Below, piece after piece: positions 54,217 through 64,000 of a DNA stretch of 64,000 nucleotides. Position 1 is the first letter of the stretch, and every line of letters starts with the position of its first letter. Source of the stretch: Nitrospirota bacterium (GTDB lineage: Bacteria > Nitrospirota > JACRHJ01); the NCBI GenBank assembly GCA_963733375.1, contig CAVTDB010000010.1, positions 1-64,000 of the forward strand, in the 5' to 3' direction. The notes under the pieces are model-generated. The model saw nothing but the letters and a program-made list of their open reading frames with translations, did no database searches and was not told where the DNA came from. The position numbers were made by a program, and so were the translations under genes.

Positions 54217-54558
54217 CTTGGCCCTGGCCCGGCCGACATAGCTCTGGACGGTTGAGCGCGAGACGCCGAGTGCGGCGCTCGCATCGGCATAGGAGAGGCC
54301 GTCGGCTATGAGCATGAGCGCCTGCCGCTCGGAGGGCGAGAGCGCGCCCAGGTCGATCCTCGGAGCGGCGGCCTTCGTCCGCGACACGTTCCATTCCGAA
54401 AGCGAATGCAAATCGGCCGCAAGCGCCAGGTCCGCCGGCGACATCAGCACCTCCCTGTCCGAGTTCCGCCCGTCTTCGACGGCCGGGATGGTTTTCTTGA
54501 CAGATAAACAGATTTCGATGCAGTTTTTAAATTCGGTACAATCACGGCAAGTTTTCAT
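54178..54558 (-). CDS. Sigma-70 region 4/LuxR-type HTH regulator with N-terminal 4-Cys motif
   Basis: CRDCTEFKNCIEIC; LSPSERQAL.LIADGLSY.D.S.ALGVSRSTVQSY..RAR.KL. Confidence 0.75.
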   Translation of the reverse strand: MKTCRDCTEFKNCIEICLSVKKTIPAVEDGRNSDREVLMSPADLALAADLHSLSEWNVSRTKAAAPRIDLGALSPSERQALMLIADGLSYADASAALGVSRSTVQSYVGRARAKLAVQKRHIVKAK

Positions 54559-54675
54559 AGACGCCTCCTTTTCTTGCGGGGAGGATACGACGGAATATCG
54601 GGAGACGTCTTCTGCAGGCCTTGAGAAAATACTTTAGGCGTAGGTCTTAGGAGAAGGGGTTACGGGAAACGCTTG

Positions 54676-55887
54676 TTATACGGAAAGCAGGTCCTTGCGT
54701 GCGGATACCAGCAGGACGGAATATGTCACGAGGCAGACTATCGCCCCGGCGGCGACGGCATGGGGCGTGCCGGCGTAGTGCGCGAGCGTCCCGATGATTA
54801 GGTTCCCGATGGGGACGAACCCCAGGAACACCAGGACGTACAGGCTCATCACCCGGCCCCGGAGCTCGTCGGGGACCTCTTGCTGGATCGCGGTGTTCAC
54901 GGTGGCGAGCTGCGTTATCATACCCCAGCCGATGACCATAAGCAGGGCGTATGACAGAAGCGGCACGCGGGAGAACGAGAAGCCCAGGATCGCCAGAGAC
55001 GAGATGAACGCGGCGAGAAAAGCGGTGAGGCCCCTCCTGCCGGACCCGCCGAACGTGGCCAGACTTAAGGCGCCGATTAACGCCCCAACGCCCGCGCAGC
55101 CCATGAGGACGCCGAGGCCCTTTGCGCCGATATGCAGGATGTCCCGCGCGAAGATGGGCATAAGAGCGATATACGGGATTGCGAAGAGGCTCGTGATGGC
55201 GACCATCAGGGTGAAATAGAGGACGACGGGCGTCTTGCGCACGTAGATAAGGCCTTCGTGCAGCTCCTTAAGCACCGGGCGCGGCTTGGGCTTTTCCTCC
55301 GGCCTGTCAAGGCGCATCATGCCCAGCATTATAATTATGGCGACGTATGAAAGGGCGTTTATATAAAAGCAGGCGGCTATGCCCACGGCGCTTATCAGGA
55401 GTCCGGCGATGGCGGGTCCTATTATGCGCGCGCCGTTGAAAACCGCGGAGTTCAGCGCGATGCCGTTCATAAGGTCCTCGCGCCCGACCATCTCTATGAT
55501 GAACGACTGCCTGCCGGGGACGTCGAAGGTGTTTACCACGCCCAGCAGCCCGGCGATGACCAGCACGTGCCAGAGCTGGACCTGGCCCAGGCTCACCATG
55601 ACGCCGAGCGCGAGCGCAAGGGCCAGCGAGAGCGCCTGGGTAAGGAGCAGGAGCCTCCTTTTGTCCACCCTGTCCGCGACCACCCCGCCCAGAAGCGAGA
55701 AGAACAGGATGGGGAGCGAACTCATCGCCTGTACCAGCGCGAGATAGAATGCCGAGTTGGTAAGCTTCAGCACCAGCCAGCCCTGGGCGAGCGACTGCAT
55801 CCATGTGCCGACAAGCGAGATGGCCTGGCCGGATAAGAAAAGGCGGAAGTTCCTGTGCTTTAGCGCGGTGAAAGTTCTGTACTTCAT
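54676..55887 (-). CDS. MFS transporter (MFS_3/DUF894-like)
   Basis: ALKHRNFRLF..GQ.ISL.GTWMQ; GGVVADRVDKRRLL; VPDELRGRVMS; 12 TM. Confidence 0.9.
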   Translation of the reverse strand: MKYRTFTALKHRNFRLFLSGQAISLVGTWMQSLAQGWLVLKLTNSAFYLALVQAMSSLPILFFSLLGGVVADRVDKRRLLLLTQALSLALALALGVMVSLGQVQLWHVLVIAGLLGVVNTFDVPGRQSFIIEMVGREDLMNGIALNSAVFNGARIIGPAIAGLLISAVGIAACFYINALSYVAIIIMLGMMRLDRPEEKPKPRPVLKELHEGLIYVRKTPVVLYFTLMVAITSLFAIPYIALMPIFARDILHIGAKGLGVLMGCAGVGALIGALSLATFGGSGRRGLTAFLAAFISSLAILGFSFSRVPLLSYALLMVIGWGMITQLATVNTAIQQEVPDELRGRVMSLYVLVFLGFVPIGNLIIGTLAHYAGTPHAVAAGAIVCLVTYSVLLVSARKDLLSV

Positions 55888-55896
55888 CTTAATGAC

Positions 55897-56740
55897 TTAA
55901 AGAAAGAGCGGGGGGCGTTTCGCGGGGATGACTCCAGCCGCGGAGGCAAGGGTAAAGAGCTTCTCTATGGCGCGGACGCCTTCCTCCCCGAAGTCGTCGG
56001 AGAAAGAATTTACGTAAAGAGAGATGTGGCCGTCGATGACGGAATCCTCCATCTCCTGGGCATGCGCCTTTATATAGCCGGTACACTGTGCGCGATGGCC
56101 GCGCGCATATGAGATGCTCCGGCGTATGGCGTCTTCCGCCGCCAATATCATCTCTTTACCCAGAGAACGCTTTGCCATTATACATCCAAGGGGTATCGGG
56201 GATCCCGTCTCCTGCTCCCACCACTCGCCCAGGTCCAGGAGCTTTTTCAGGCCGTAGTTCTGGTACGTGAACCGGCCTTCGTGGATGATAAGTCCGGCGT
56301 CCACGGAACCGTCCCGGACGGCAGGCATTATCTTGTCGAACTGCATGACTGATAACGTCCTCGAAGCCCCGCCCGTATAGCATCAGGAGGAGCTGTGCCG
56401 TCGTGTAGCGGCCGGGTACGGCAATGCGCCTGCCGCGGATATCGGCGATGTCGGAATAATTTTTTGAGACCACGAGCGGCCCGCAGCCCCTGCCCAAAGC
56501 GCCGCCGGAGCGGAGCAGGCAGTAATCGTCCAGTAAATAGGCGGCCGCGTGGAACGAGACCTTCGTCAGGTCGAGCATCTCCCCCGCCCCAGCCCTCCCC
56601 ATCGCGCGCGAGTTCAGCGCCTCTACGTCTTCCAATATCTCGCGCACGGTAAAGTCCGCGGGGACCTCGCCGTGGGTCAGGCCATAGAAGATGAATGTAT
56701 CGTTCGGGCAGGGCGAGTAGCCAAGAGTCAATGTCTTCAT
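55897..56740 (-). CDS. mqnD: 1,4-dihydroxy-6-naphthoate synthase (frameshift near 56350)
   Basis: LGYSPCPNDTFIF, GALGRGCGPL, IIHEGRFTY, DLGEWWE..TG.PIPLG, HI.LYVN. Confidence 0.93.
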
Positions 56741-57403
56741 AAATTCTCCACAAGCTTCTTTATGATAACCGCGCAGTTGGCGCATGCGGTATTTATATCC
56801 CACCGGGAACGGTCACGGTCTTCGACCATGTTGCTTATCCCCCTCACCTCGGCGAACGGGACGCCATACAGAAGCGAGACGTGTGCCGCCGCCGCGCCCT
56901 CCATATTCTCGCACACCGCGCCCCATCTCTTTTCCATCCCGGCTGCCGCCGCCTCCGTGCCGGTGACGGCAGAGACGGTGGCGAACGGGCCGGAAGAAAT
57001 TCTGAAAAGGAACATGGCGTGGTCTATTTTATCCGGGAGTCCCGGGACAGGGAAGCGGTTATAATATTTCGCGCCCTTTATTTCCGCTAACGGGATACCG
57101 GTCGCCTCAAGTCCGAAAAAACCTTCCGGGGAATTGACGCCGGTATCGGCGTATATCTCTTCCGTGGCGAAGCAGACGTCGCCTATGTTAAGTCCGGAGC
57201 CTTTAAACGCCCCTGCGCATCCGCCCATAATGACATGCTCCGGGAGGGGGGTATGGCGCTCGAAATAAGCCGTCAGCGCCCTGGGCGGCGTTTACCTGGC
57301 CTATCCCTGAAACCAGCACGTCCAGTTCAGGGCCGGCCATTCGCCGGGCCAGGGATTTAAAGGGCGCCGCTTCCGTCTCCGTGGCAAAAACTATCAATAT
57401 CAA
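56737..57403 (-). CDS. mqnB: Futalosine hydrolase (frameshift near 57280)
   Basis: SGIG.VNAA, GCAGAF, TVS.VTGT, CENMEGAA, EVRGISN.VE.RD..RW; adjacent to mqnD. Confidence 0.88.
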
Positions 57404-57473
57404 CTGCCGACCTCCAAAGATAAAGGATAACATTCCCCCCGCTTCCAAGTCAAAGAAAAATCTTTTGAGTGCG

Positions 57474-57502
57474 TTGACTTTGCGGGCTTTTCATGCTGTA
57501 AT
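57474..57502 (+). promoter_or_regulatory. sigma70 promoter of folK-panC (likely leaderless)
   Basis: TTGACT-17 bp-TGTAAT, 7 nt before ATG 57510. Confidence 0.5.
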
Positions 57503-57509
57503 TCAGGTC

Positions 57510-57968
57510 ATGAACGCATATCTTGGGCTGGGCTCCAACATGGGAGACCGCAAAGCCAACATTAAAAAAGCCGTCGAACTCCTGGAAAAATCACCGGGGG
57601 TAAAGGTGGTGAAGCTCTCGCCAATGTATGAGACGGAGCCGGTGGGAGACGTCCCGCAGGGGAAGTTCATGAATGCCGCGGCCGAGGTCTATACCGCGCT
57701 TTTCCCGCTGGGGCTTCTCGCCCTTTGCAGGAGCGTCGAGGACGCGCTTGGACGGGTGAGGACGGTAAAATGGGGGCCCCGGACGATAGACCTGGATATC
57801 CTGCTCTATGATGAGGACGTGATCGAGACCGCGGAGCTGACCGTGCCGCACCCTTTGATGCACGAGAGGGAATTCGTGCTGATGCCGCTTTCGGATATCG
57901 CTCCCGACGCATATCACCCGGTATTGAAAAAGACGGTGCAGGAACTTCTGGAAGGGCTTAAAAAGTAA
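57510..57968 (+). CDS. folK: 2-amino-4-hydroxy-6-hydroxymethyldihydropteridine diphosphokinase
   Basis: YLGLGSNMG, YETEPVG, WGPRTIDLDIL, PHP.M.ER.FVL.PL. Confidence 0.95.
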   Translation: MNAYLGLGSNMGDRKANIKKAVELLEKSPGVKVVKLSPMYETEPVGDVPQGKFMNAAAEVYTALFPLGLLALCRSVEDALGRVRTVKWGPRTIDLDILLYDEDVIETAELTVPHPLMHEREFVLMPLSDIAPDAYHPVLKKTVQELLEGLKK

Positions 57969-57973
57969 CGCCC

Positions 57974-58825
<852 letters not shown>

Positions 58826-58831
58826 GGGAAA

Positions 58832-59833
58832 CTACATTTTTTTGATATATCTTAAAAATTCATCTTTCGGAATAAATCGGCCGCTTTTTTCCACCTCATG
58901 CACAAGCCGCACCATCAATGAATTAAAGGGTGCCTCGCGCCCAATGGCCCTGGCTATATTCACCATCTCGCCATTCTGATAGTCCACCTCGGATAACTCG
59001 CCGCGCTCGATGCTTCCCAGCACCGGCCCTTCGCACGGCACCTGCGAGAGCGACGCCACGGCCTGCATGAACTTCGCCGCCGCCTCCGGAAGGGGCAAGC
59101 TGACCAGTTCGTTAAGCCTGTCCTCGTCGAAGTCCGGCAGGGCCTCGATATGCACGTCCTTTTTTATTATATCCATGCCTTCCTTCAAAAGGAGGACCGC
59201 CACTGCCGCCATGTCCGGGTCCAGAAAAGCTTTCTGTACCTTCTCGCCGATTATCCCCGGGATGCAGTACGGCAGGTTCAGCAGGAGCCGGGTGCAGTTG
59301 AAGTGCGCGATCTTATTTCCACGTCGCGTGTTGAAGACATTGGACATCAATTCCAGCACCCGGTCCTCGCGCCAACCCGGGGCGTCGTACGCCCTGCCTA
59401 CCACCATAAACCCCTTGAAGTTCAAGGTCACTTCTCCGGGGACGTAGCAGTTCGCGCCCATCGTCAGGACGCAGGTAACGATACGGTCGCGGGGAAATAC
59501 ATTCGCCACTATCTGCTCCGTCTTCGTCCCGTACTGTATAGTCGCGACCGTCGCCTCTCCCGCGTAGGGCAGGAGCTTCTCCGCCGCCCGGAGCGTATCC
59601 TGCACCCTGTCCGCAAAGATTAAAATGTCCGGGACAAAAGGCGGATAAAGCGAGACCGGGACGTCCGCTGATATAACCTGCCCGTCCCAGACCTGGCGCA
59701 CAGTGAGGTTTTTCCCCTTTACCCGCTCAATTTTTTCCGCGCGGCCGGTGAGGAACACATCCTCGCCCGCGTCGGCCAGAAGGGCGGCGGTAGTGCATCC
59801 CACGGGCGTTATACCGGATACAACTACTTTCAT
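58832..59833 (-). CDS. Ketopantoate reductase (ApbA/PanE)-like protein, divergent
   Basis: Rossmann-like N-terminus; TIQYG; S.ERG..SEVDY.NG.MV..A...G..AP.N. Confidence 0.6.
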   Translation of the reverse strand: MKVVVSGITPVGCTTAALLADAGEDVFLTGRAEKIERVKGKNLTVRQVWDGQVISADVPVSLYPPFVPDILIFADRVQDTLRAAEKLLPYAGEATVATIQYGTKTEQIVANVFPRDRIVTCVLTMGANCYVPGEVTLNFKGFMVVGRAYDAPGWREDRVLELMSNVFNTRRGNKIAHFNCTRLLLNLPYCIPGIIGEKVQKAFLDPDMAAVAVLLLKEGMDIIKKDVHIEALPDFDEDRLNELVSLPLPEAAAKFMQAVASLSQVPCEGPVLGSIERGELSEVDYQNGEMVNIARAIGREAPFNSLMVRLVHEVEKSGRFIPKDEFLRYIKKM

Positions 59834-60401
59834 AAGTATTCCTTTATGAGTTCAAAAAGGCGCGGAAGCGGAAGCCCCACCACGTTGAAGAAGCATCCGC
59901 GCACTCCCGTTACATATACTGGAAAACCGTCCCTGTATCCCATATGCCCCAGCCTTGTCCATCGGCTCGCCGGTCGCGATATATTCGTCTATTTCTTCTT
60001 TTGTAAGCGGCTTCACGAAGACCTTCGTCTTCTCCACGGCGCTCACGGCCCTGCCTGACCGGGCGTCCACTATGGCGATGCCGGTCAGTACCTCGTGCGC
60101 CCTGCCGGAGATGAGGGCTCAGCATCCTTTTTGCCTCCGCCTTCGAAGCGGGTTTTCCGAGTATTTCGCCGTCCACCACCACCACCGTATCCGCCCCCAG
60201 CACCAGCCCCTTTTTGTGCCTTGCCGCGACGGTGCGCGCCTTGAGGAGCGCCAGGCGCTTCACGTGGCTGCGGGGCGTCTCGTCAGGCAGCGCGGACTCG
60301 TCGGCGTCGGCAGGCTCCACCGAATAAAGTATACCAGCCTGTTTCAGCAACTCGCGCCGGCGCGGGGAAGAAGAGGCGAGGATTAACGATAATTTTTTCA
60401 T
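59830..60401 (-). CDS. maf: Maf/YhdE nucleotide pyrophosphatase (frameshifts)
   Basis: [20 protein letters not shown]...[24 protein letters not shown]. Confidence 0.92.
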
Positions 60402-61165
60402 GGGAGCGGCGCCGCGGAAGATGGTTCATTAAGGAAATTTATCGCCGCCTCGTTGAACTCTTCCGCCTTCTCGATATACGGCAGATGCCCCGCGCCTTCC
60501 ATTAACCTCACCCGCGCGTCCGGAATCGCTTTTGCGAAAATATCCGCGTACGAAGACGGTATCACCCTGTCGTCCTTCCCCCAGATTATTAGCGTCGGCG
60601 CTTTAATTTCAGGAAGCTTTCGCTCTATATCCGGGACGAACCCGCGCGCCTCGTCGATCTCTTTTATCGTCTTTATCGCCTTTGTCATTTCCTCGGAAGG
60701 CTTCACTCCCGTCATCTCGCCGGATATGGATTTATAGTAGTTCTCAAGCTCCCGCAGGACCTCGTCCACCGGCATCGACGGGTCCGTCGCCCTATGGACT
60801 CCGGCGGGCGATACCAGTACGAGTTTGTCGACGAGCCGGGGAAAATCGACGGCCAGCCAGAGCGCGGCCCAGCCGCCCATGGAGCTTCCGATGACGGACG
60901 CGCGTGGGGCGTTTACGGTTGACAGGAATTCGGAGAGGAAGCGCGCATAGTCCCGGACGCTTTTGATTTCGGGAGCCTGCATAGAGCCGCCGAAGCCCGG
61001 CAGGTCGGGGGCGATTACCCTGAAATGATTTGCAAACGGGCCGCTTTGCCGGTGCCAGAGCTTCGCGGTCGCGCCCGCGCCGTGTATGAGCAGGAGCGGC
61101 TTTCCCTCGCCGCCTTCATAGTAGCGGACGAGGTGCCCGTTTATTTTGGTGTCGTGTCTGATCAA
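60398..61165 (-). CDS. Alpha/beta hydrolase
   Basis: LIHG.G, PDLPGFG.S, GSSMGG, WG.DD..IP, AGHLP..E. Confidence 0.9.
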   Translation of the reverse strand: MIRHDTKINGHLVRYYEGGEGKPLLLIHGAGATAKLWHRQSGPFANHFRVIAPDLPGFGGSMQAPEIKSVRDYARFLSEFLSTVNAPRASVIGSSMGGWAALWLAVDFPRLVDKLVLVSPAGVHRATDPSMPVDEVLRELENYYKSISGEMTGVKPSEEMTKAIKTIKEIDEARGFVPDIERKLPEIKAPTLIIWGKDDRVIPSSYADIFAKAIPDARVRLMEGAGHLPYIEKAEEFNEAAINFLNEPSSAAPLP

Positions 61166-61172
61166 AACCTTT

Positions 61173-61267
61173 GTTACTTTCTTTTGCGAAAAAGAAAGTA
61201 ACCAAAGAAAACGGGGCATAAAAACAGTTTAAAAGTTTTTGGCGTTACCTTTTTCCAAAAAGGTAAC
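61173..61267 (+). repeat. Composite REP-like element (hairpin A + hairpin B)
   Basis: GTTACTTTCTTTT-GCGA-AAAAGAAAGTAAC ... AAAAGTTTTTGGC GTTACCTTTTT-CC-AAAAAGGTAAC. Confidence 0.75.
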
Positions 61268-61275
61268 AAGGTTTT

Positions 61276-62249
<974 letters not shown>

Positions 62250-62269
62250 CGATTTACCTCCTGAAAACC

Positions 62270-62369
62270 GTTACTTTTCTTTCGAGAAAGAAAAGTAACA
62301 CAAAAGAAAGCTGGACTATTTAAAACCGGTCCAAAAGTTTTTGGCGTTACCTTTTTCCAAAAAGGTAAC
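62270..62369 (+). repeat. Composite REP-like element (hairpin A + hairpin B)
   Basis: GTTACTTTTCTTTC-GA-GAAAGAAAAGTAAC ... AAAAGTTTTTGGCGTTACCTTTTTCCAAAAAGGTAAC (B identical to the 61231 copy). Confidence 0.75.
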
Positions 62370-62388
62370 GGGTCTTATAACCTGCAAA

Positions 62389-62694
62389 TCAGTGTACCGT
62401 CGTCTTTTGGCCCGGGGCCGGGGCCGGGGGCTGTATCTCTCCGAACTGCCGCTCGTACCCGGCGACATTCTCCGCGAGCGCCGCAAGGAATTGCTTGGCA
62501 TGGACCGGGTTCGTTATCACCCGCGCGCGCACCACCGCCGCTTCCTTCCCCGGCAGGACCGCCGCGAAATCGAAGATGAACTCGTTGGCGTTATGCACGA
62601 TGCTGGCGACGTTGGAATAGACGCCGCCTTCTACCTCCGGCTTAAGCTCGAAGGTCAGCGCGCCTGGCGGCGCGTCTTTTGCTCTCTCAGCCAT
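62389..62694 (-). CDS. DUF3467 domain protein
   Basis: GVYSN...I.H...EF..DFA...PG...A.VRARVI..P.HAK.F..AL..N...YE..FG.I. Confidence 0.8.
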   Translation of the reverse strand: MAERAKDAPPGALTFELKPEVEGGVYSNVASIVHNANEFIFDFAAVLPGKEAAVVRARVITNPVHAKQFLAALAENVAGYERQFGEIQPPAPAPGQKTTVH

Positions 62695-62707
62695 CTTCTC
62701 TCCTCTA

Positions 62708-63052
62708 TTAGCAGCAGGAGCCGCCGTGGCCGCCGCTGCCGCAGCCGCATGAAGAAGCCTCGCCGGTCTCCTTGATTATAAAACCGTGGTCCTCCATGAA
62801 GTCCACCTGAAGGCCGTCCATCAGGTCGGTGGTCTCCTTATCCATGTAGAAGCTGATGCCCTGCATCTCGACCTTCGCGTCGTCCTTTTCGCCTTTTTTT
62901 ACCAGGTCCATCTCGTAGTTCTGGGAAGGGCCGCACGAGCAGCAGGACGACTCTGCCACGAACGCCTTTATCTTCACGCCCAAACCCTTTTCTTCCTGGG
63001 CCTCGAGGACTTTTTTGAACTCGTTTATCGCTTTTTCGCTGACTTCAAGCAT
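62708..63052 (-). CDS. HesB/IscA-like protein, Cys-rich
   Basis: MLEVSEKA; SSCCSCGPS; VDF....GF.I; C-terminal SSCGCGSGGHGGSCC. Confidence 0.65.
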   Translation of the reverse strand: MLEVSEKAINEFKKVLEAQEEKGLGVKIKAFVAESSCCSCGPSQNYEMDLVKKGEKDDAKVEMQGISFYMDKETTDLMDGLQVDFMEDHGFIIKETGEASSCGCGSGGHGGSCC

Positions 63053-63869
63053 TACTTTTCTCCTTGTTGAAATGGTCCACTATAGCGAGGAAGAGCGACT
63101 CCGCGGTATACTCCCGCGGGATGACATTGACACTGAGCCCCGCCTCCTCGCACGTCTTTGCCGTTACCGGCCCGATACATGCTATCTCCATCCTGGAGAG
63201 CATCCCCGCCGCTTTCGGCCCTGCCGCATTCAGAAAGTTTGTAACGGTGGACGAACTGGTGAAGGTCACGACCGTGCGGGCGCCGCCCGAGAGCGCGTCG
63301 TCGATTACGCCGGACAACCCTCCCGGCGCGATTGTCCTGTATACGGTCACCACGTCAACGATCGCGCCCGACGCCCGAAGCGCCTCAGGCAGGACTTCCC
63401 TCGCCACTTCCGCCCTGGGGTACAGAAATTTTTTACCCCTTATGTCTTCCCCGGACAAGGCCAGGACAATGCCCTCCGCCCTGGACTCCTCCGCGATAAT
63501 ATCGGCCTTCAGCCCGTTTTTCCCAAGCGCGGCCGCCGTCTTCGGCCCCACGGCCACAATCCTTAAGCCCTTCAGGTCTTCCGGGCCCTTCCCCATCTCG
63601 CCCATCCGGAGCAGGAGGAACTTAATAGAGTTTACGCTTGTGAATACGGCATAGTCGTATGAAGAAAGACTCGCAACGGCCCTGTCTATCCCGGATTTAT
63701 CCTCAGGCGGGACGGTCTGTATAACCGGAACGGCCACAACCTCCGCGCCCGCCGCTTCAAGCATATCGATTAATTCAGCGGACTGCTCCTTGGCACGGGT
63801 TACAATCACGCGTACGCCTGAGAGCGCATTACTTTCCGGCATGCCCGTTTTTGTCTTTGGAGCCTCCAC
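63045..63869 (-). CDS. hemD: Uroporphyrinogen-III synthase
   Basis: VIVTRAKEQS, VFTSVN, AVGPKTA, VYRT, TFTSSSTV.NF, CIGPVTA. Confidence 0.93.
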   Translation of the reverse strand: MEAPKTKTGMPESNALSGVRVIVTRAKEQSAELIDMLEAAGAEVVAVPVIQTVPPEDKSGIDRAVASLSSYDYAVFTSVNSIKFLLLRMGEMGKGPEDLKGLRIVAVGPKTAAALGKNGLKADIIAEESRAEGIVLALSGEDIRGKKFLYPRAEVAREVLPEALRASGAIVDVVTVYRTIAPGGLSGVIDDALSGGARTVVTFTSSSTVTNFLNAAGPKAAGMLSRMEIACIGPVTAKTCEEAGLSVNVIPREYTAESLFLAIVDHFNKEKSNA

Positions 63870-64000
63870 TTAGTACCCTTTCAGCTCCCTGCCGTAAACT
63901 TCCGCGAGTATCTTGTCCGCGCCTTTTGAAAGAAGCCTCTGGGCGAGTTCCACTCCCGCCTTCGCGCCTTCCTTCACGGGCGCTTCCAGCTCGTCTTTTA
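63870..64000 (-). CDS. hemC: Hydroxymethylbilane synthase, C-terminal fragment
   Basis: ...AGVELAQRLLSKGADKILAEVYG..., immediately upstream of hemD. Confidence 0.75.
   Translation of the reverse strand, partial: KDELEAPVKEGAKAGVELAQRLLSKGADKILAEVYGRELKGY

Larger units (their letters stand above)
39700..54558 (-). mobile_element. Phage-derived morphogenesis/lysis gene cluster (Mu-like head; GTA-like element or defective prophage)
   Basis: About 19 co-oriented, abutting genes: regulator, terminase, protease, portal, capsid, adaptor, hub, endolysin, fibres; no mobility or replication genes recognised. Confidence 0.85.

Noticed and set aside
39700-54558. Intact Mu-like transposable prophage, tailocin/eCIS or encapsulin
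   Set aside because: No transposase, repressor or replication genes; no sheath or tube; portal and terminase indicate DNA packaging rather than an encapsulin

Overview
GC-rich chromosomal window from a diderm bacterium. The gene content (futalosine menaquinone pathway, hopanoid genes, sigma-54 two-component system, CxxCH sensor) suggests a Nitrospirota/Desulfobacterota-like organism; this is inference only. Most of the window is housekeeping: comM, comF, gpmI, lapB, rlmH-rsfS-nadD-proA, typA, an mlaEFD-tolC-hpnM-hpnH-shc-hpnG cluster, lptFG, mqnBD, folK, panC, maf and hemBCD. About 25 genes, including essential ones, are split by single-base frameshifts, which points to uncorrected long-read errors rather than pseudogenes. 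The main feature is a compact ~15 kb single-strand phage-derived operon (~39.7-54.6 kb, minus strand). It encodes a Cys-rich HTH regulator with a duplicated 27-bp operator-like motif, a non-Mu terminase, a rearranged Mu-like head module with a short portal, a hub-like tail tip, a lysis cassette and signal-peptide-bearing fibre/glycosidase genes. I found no integrase, transposase, repressor, replication, tail tube, sheath or tape-measure gene in it. It is a candidate novel gene-transfer-agent-like or domesticated capsid system; a decayed prophage is the alternative. Also seen: REP-like hairpin repeats, a terminator/antiterminator in the typA leader and several apparently leaderless genes. No rRNA, tRNA or CRISPR array was recognised.
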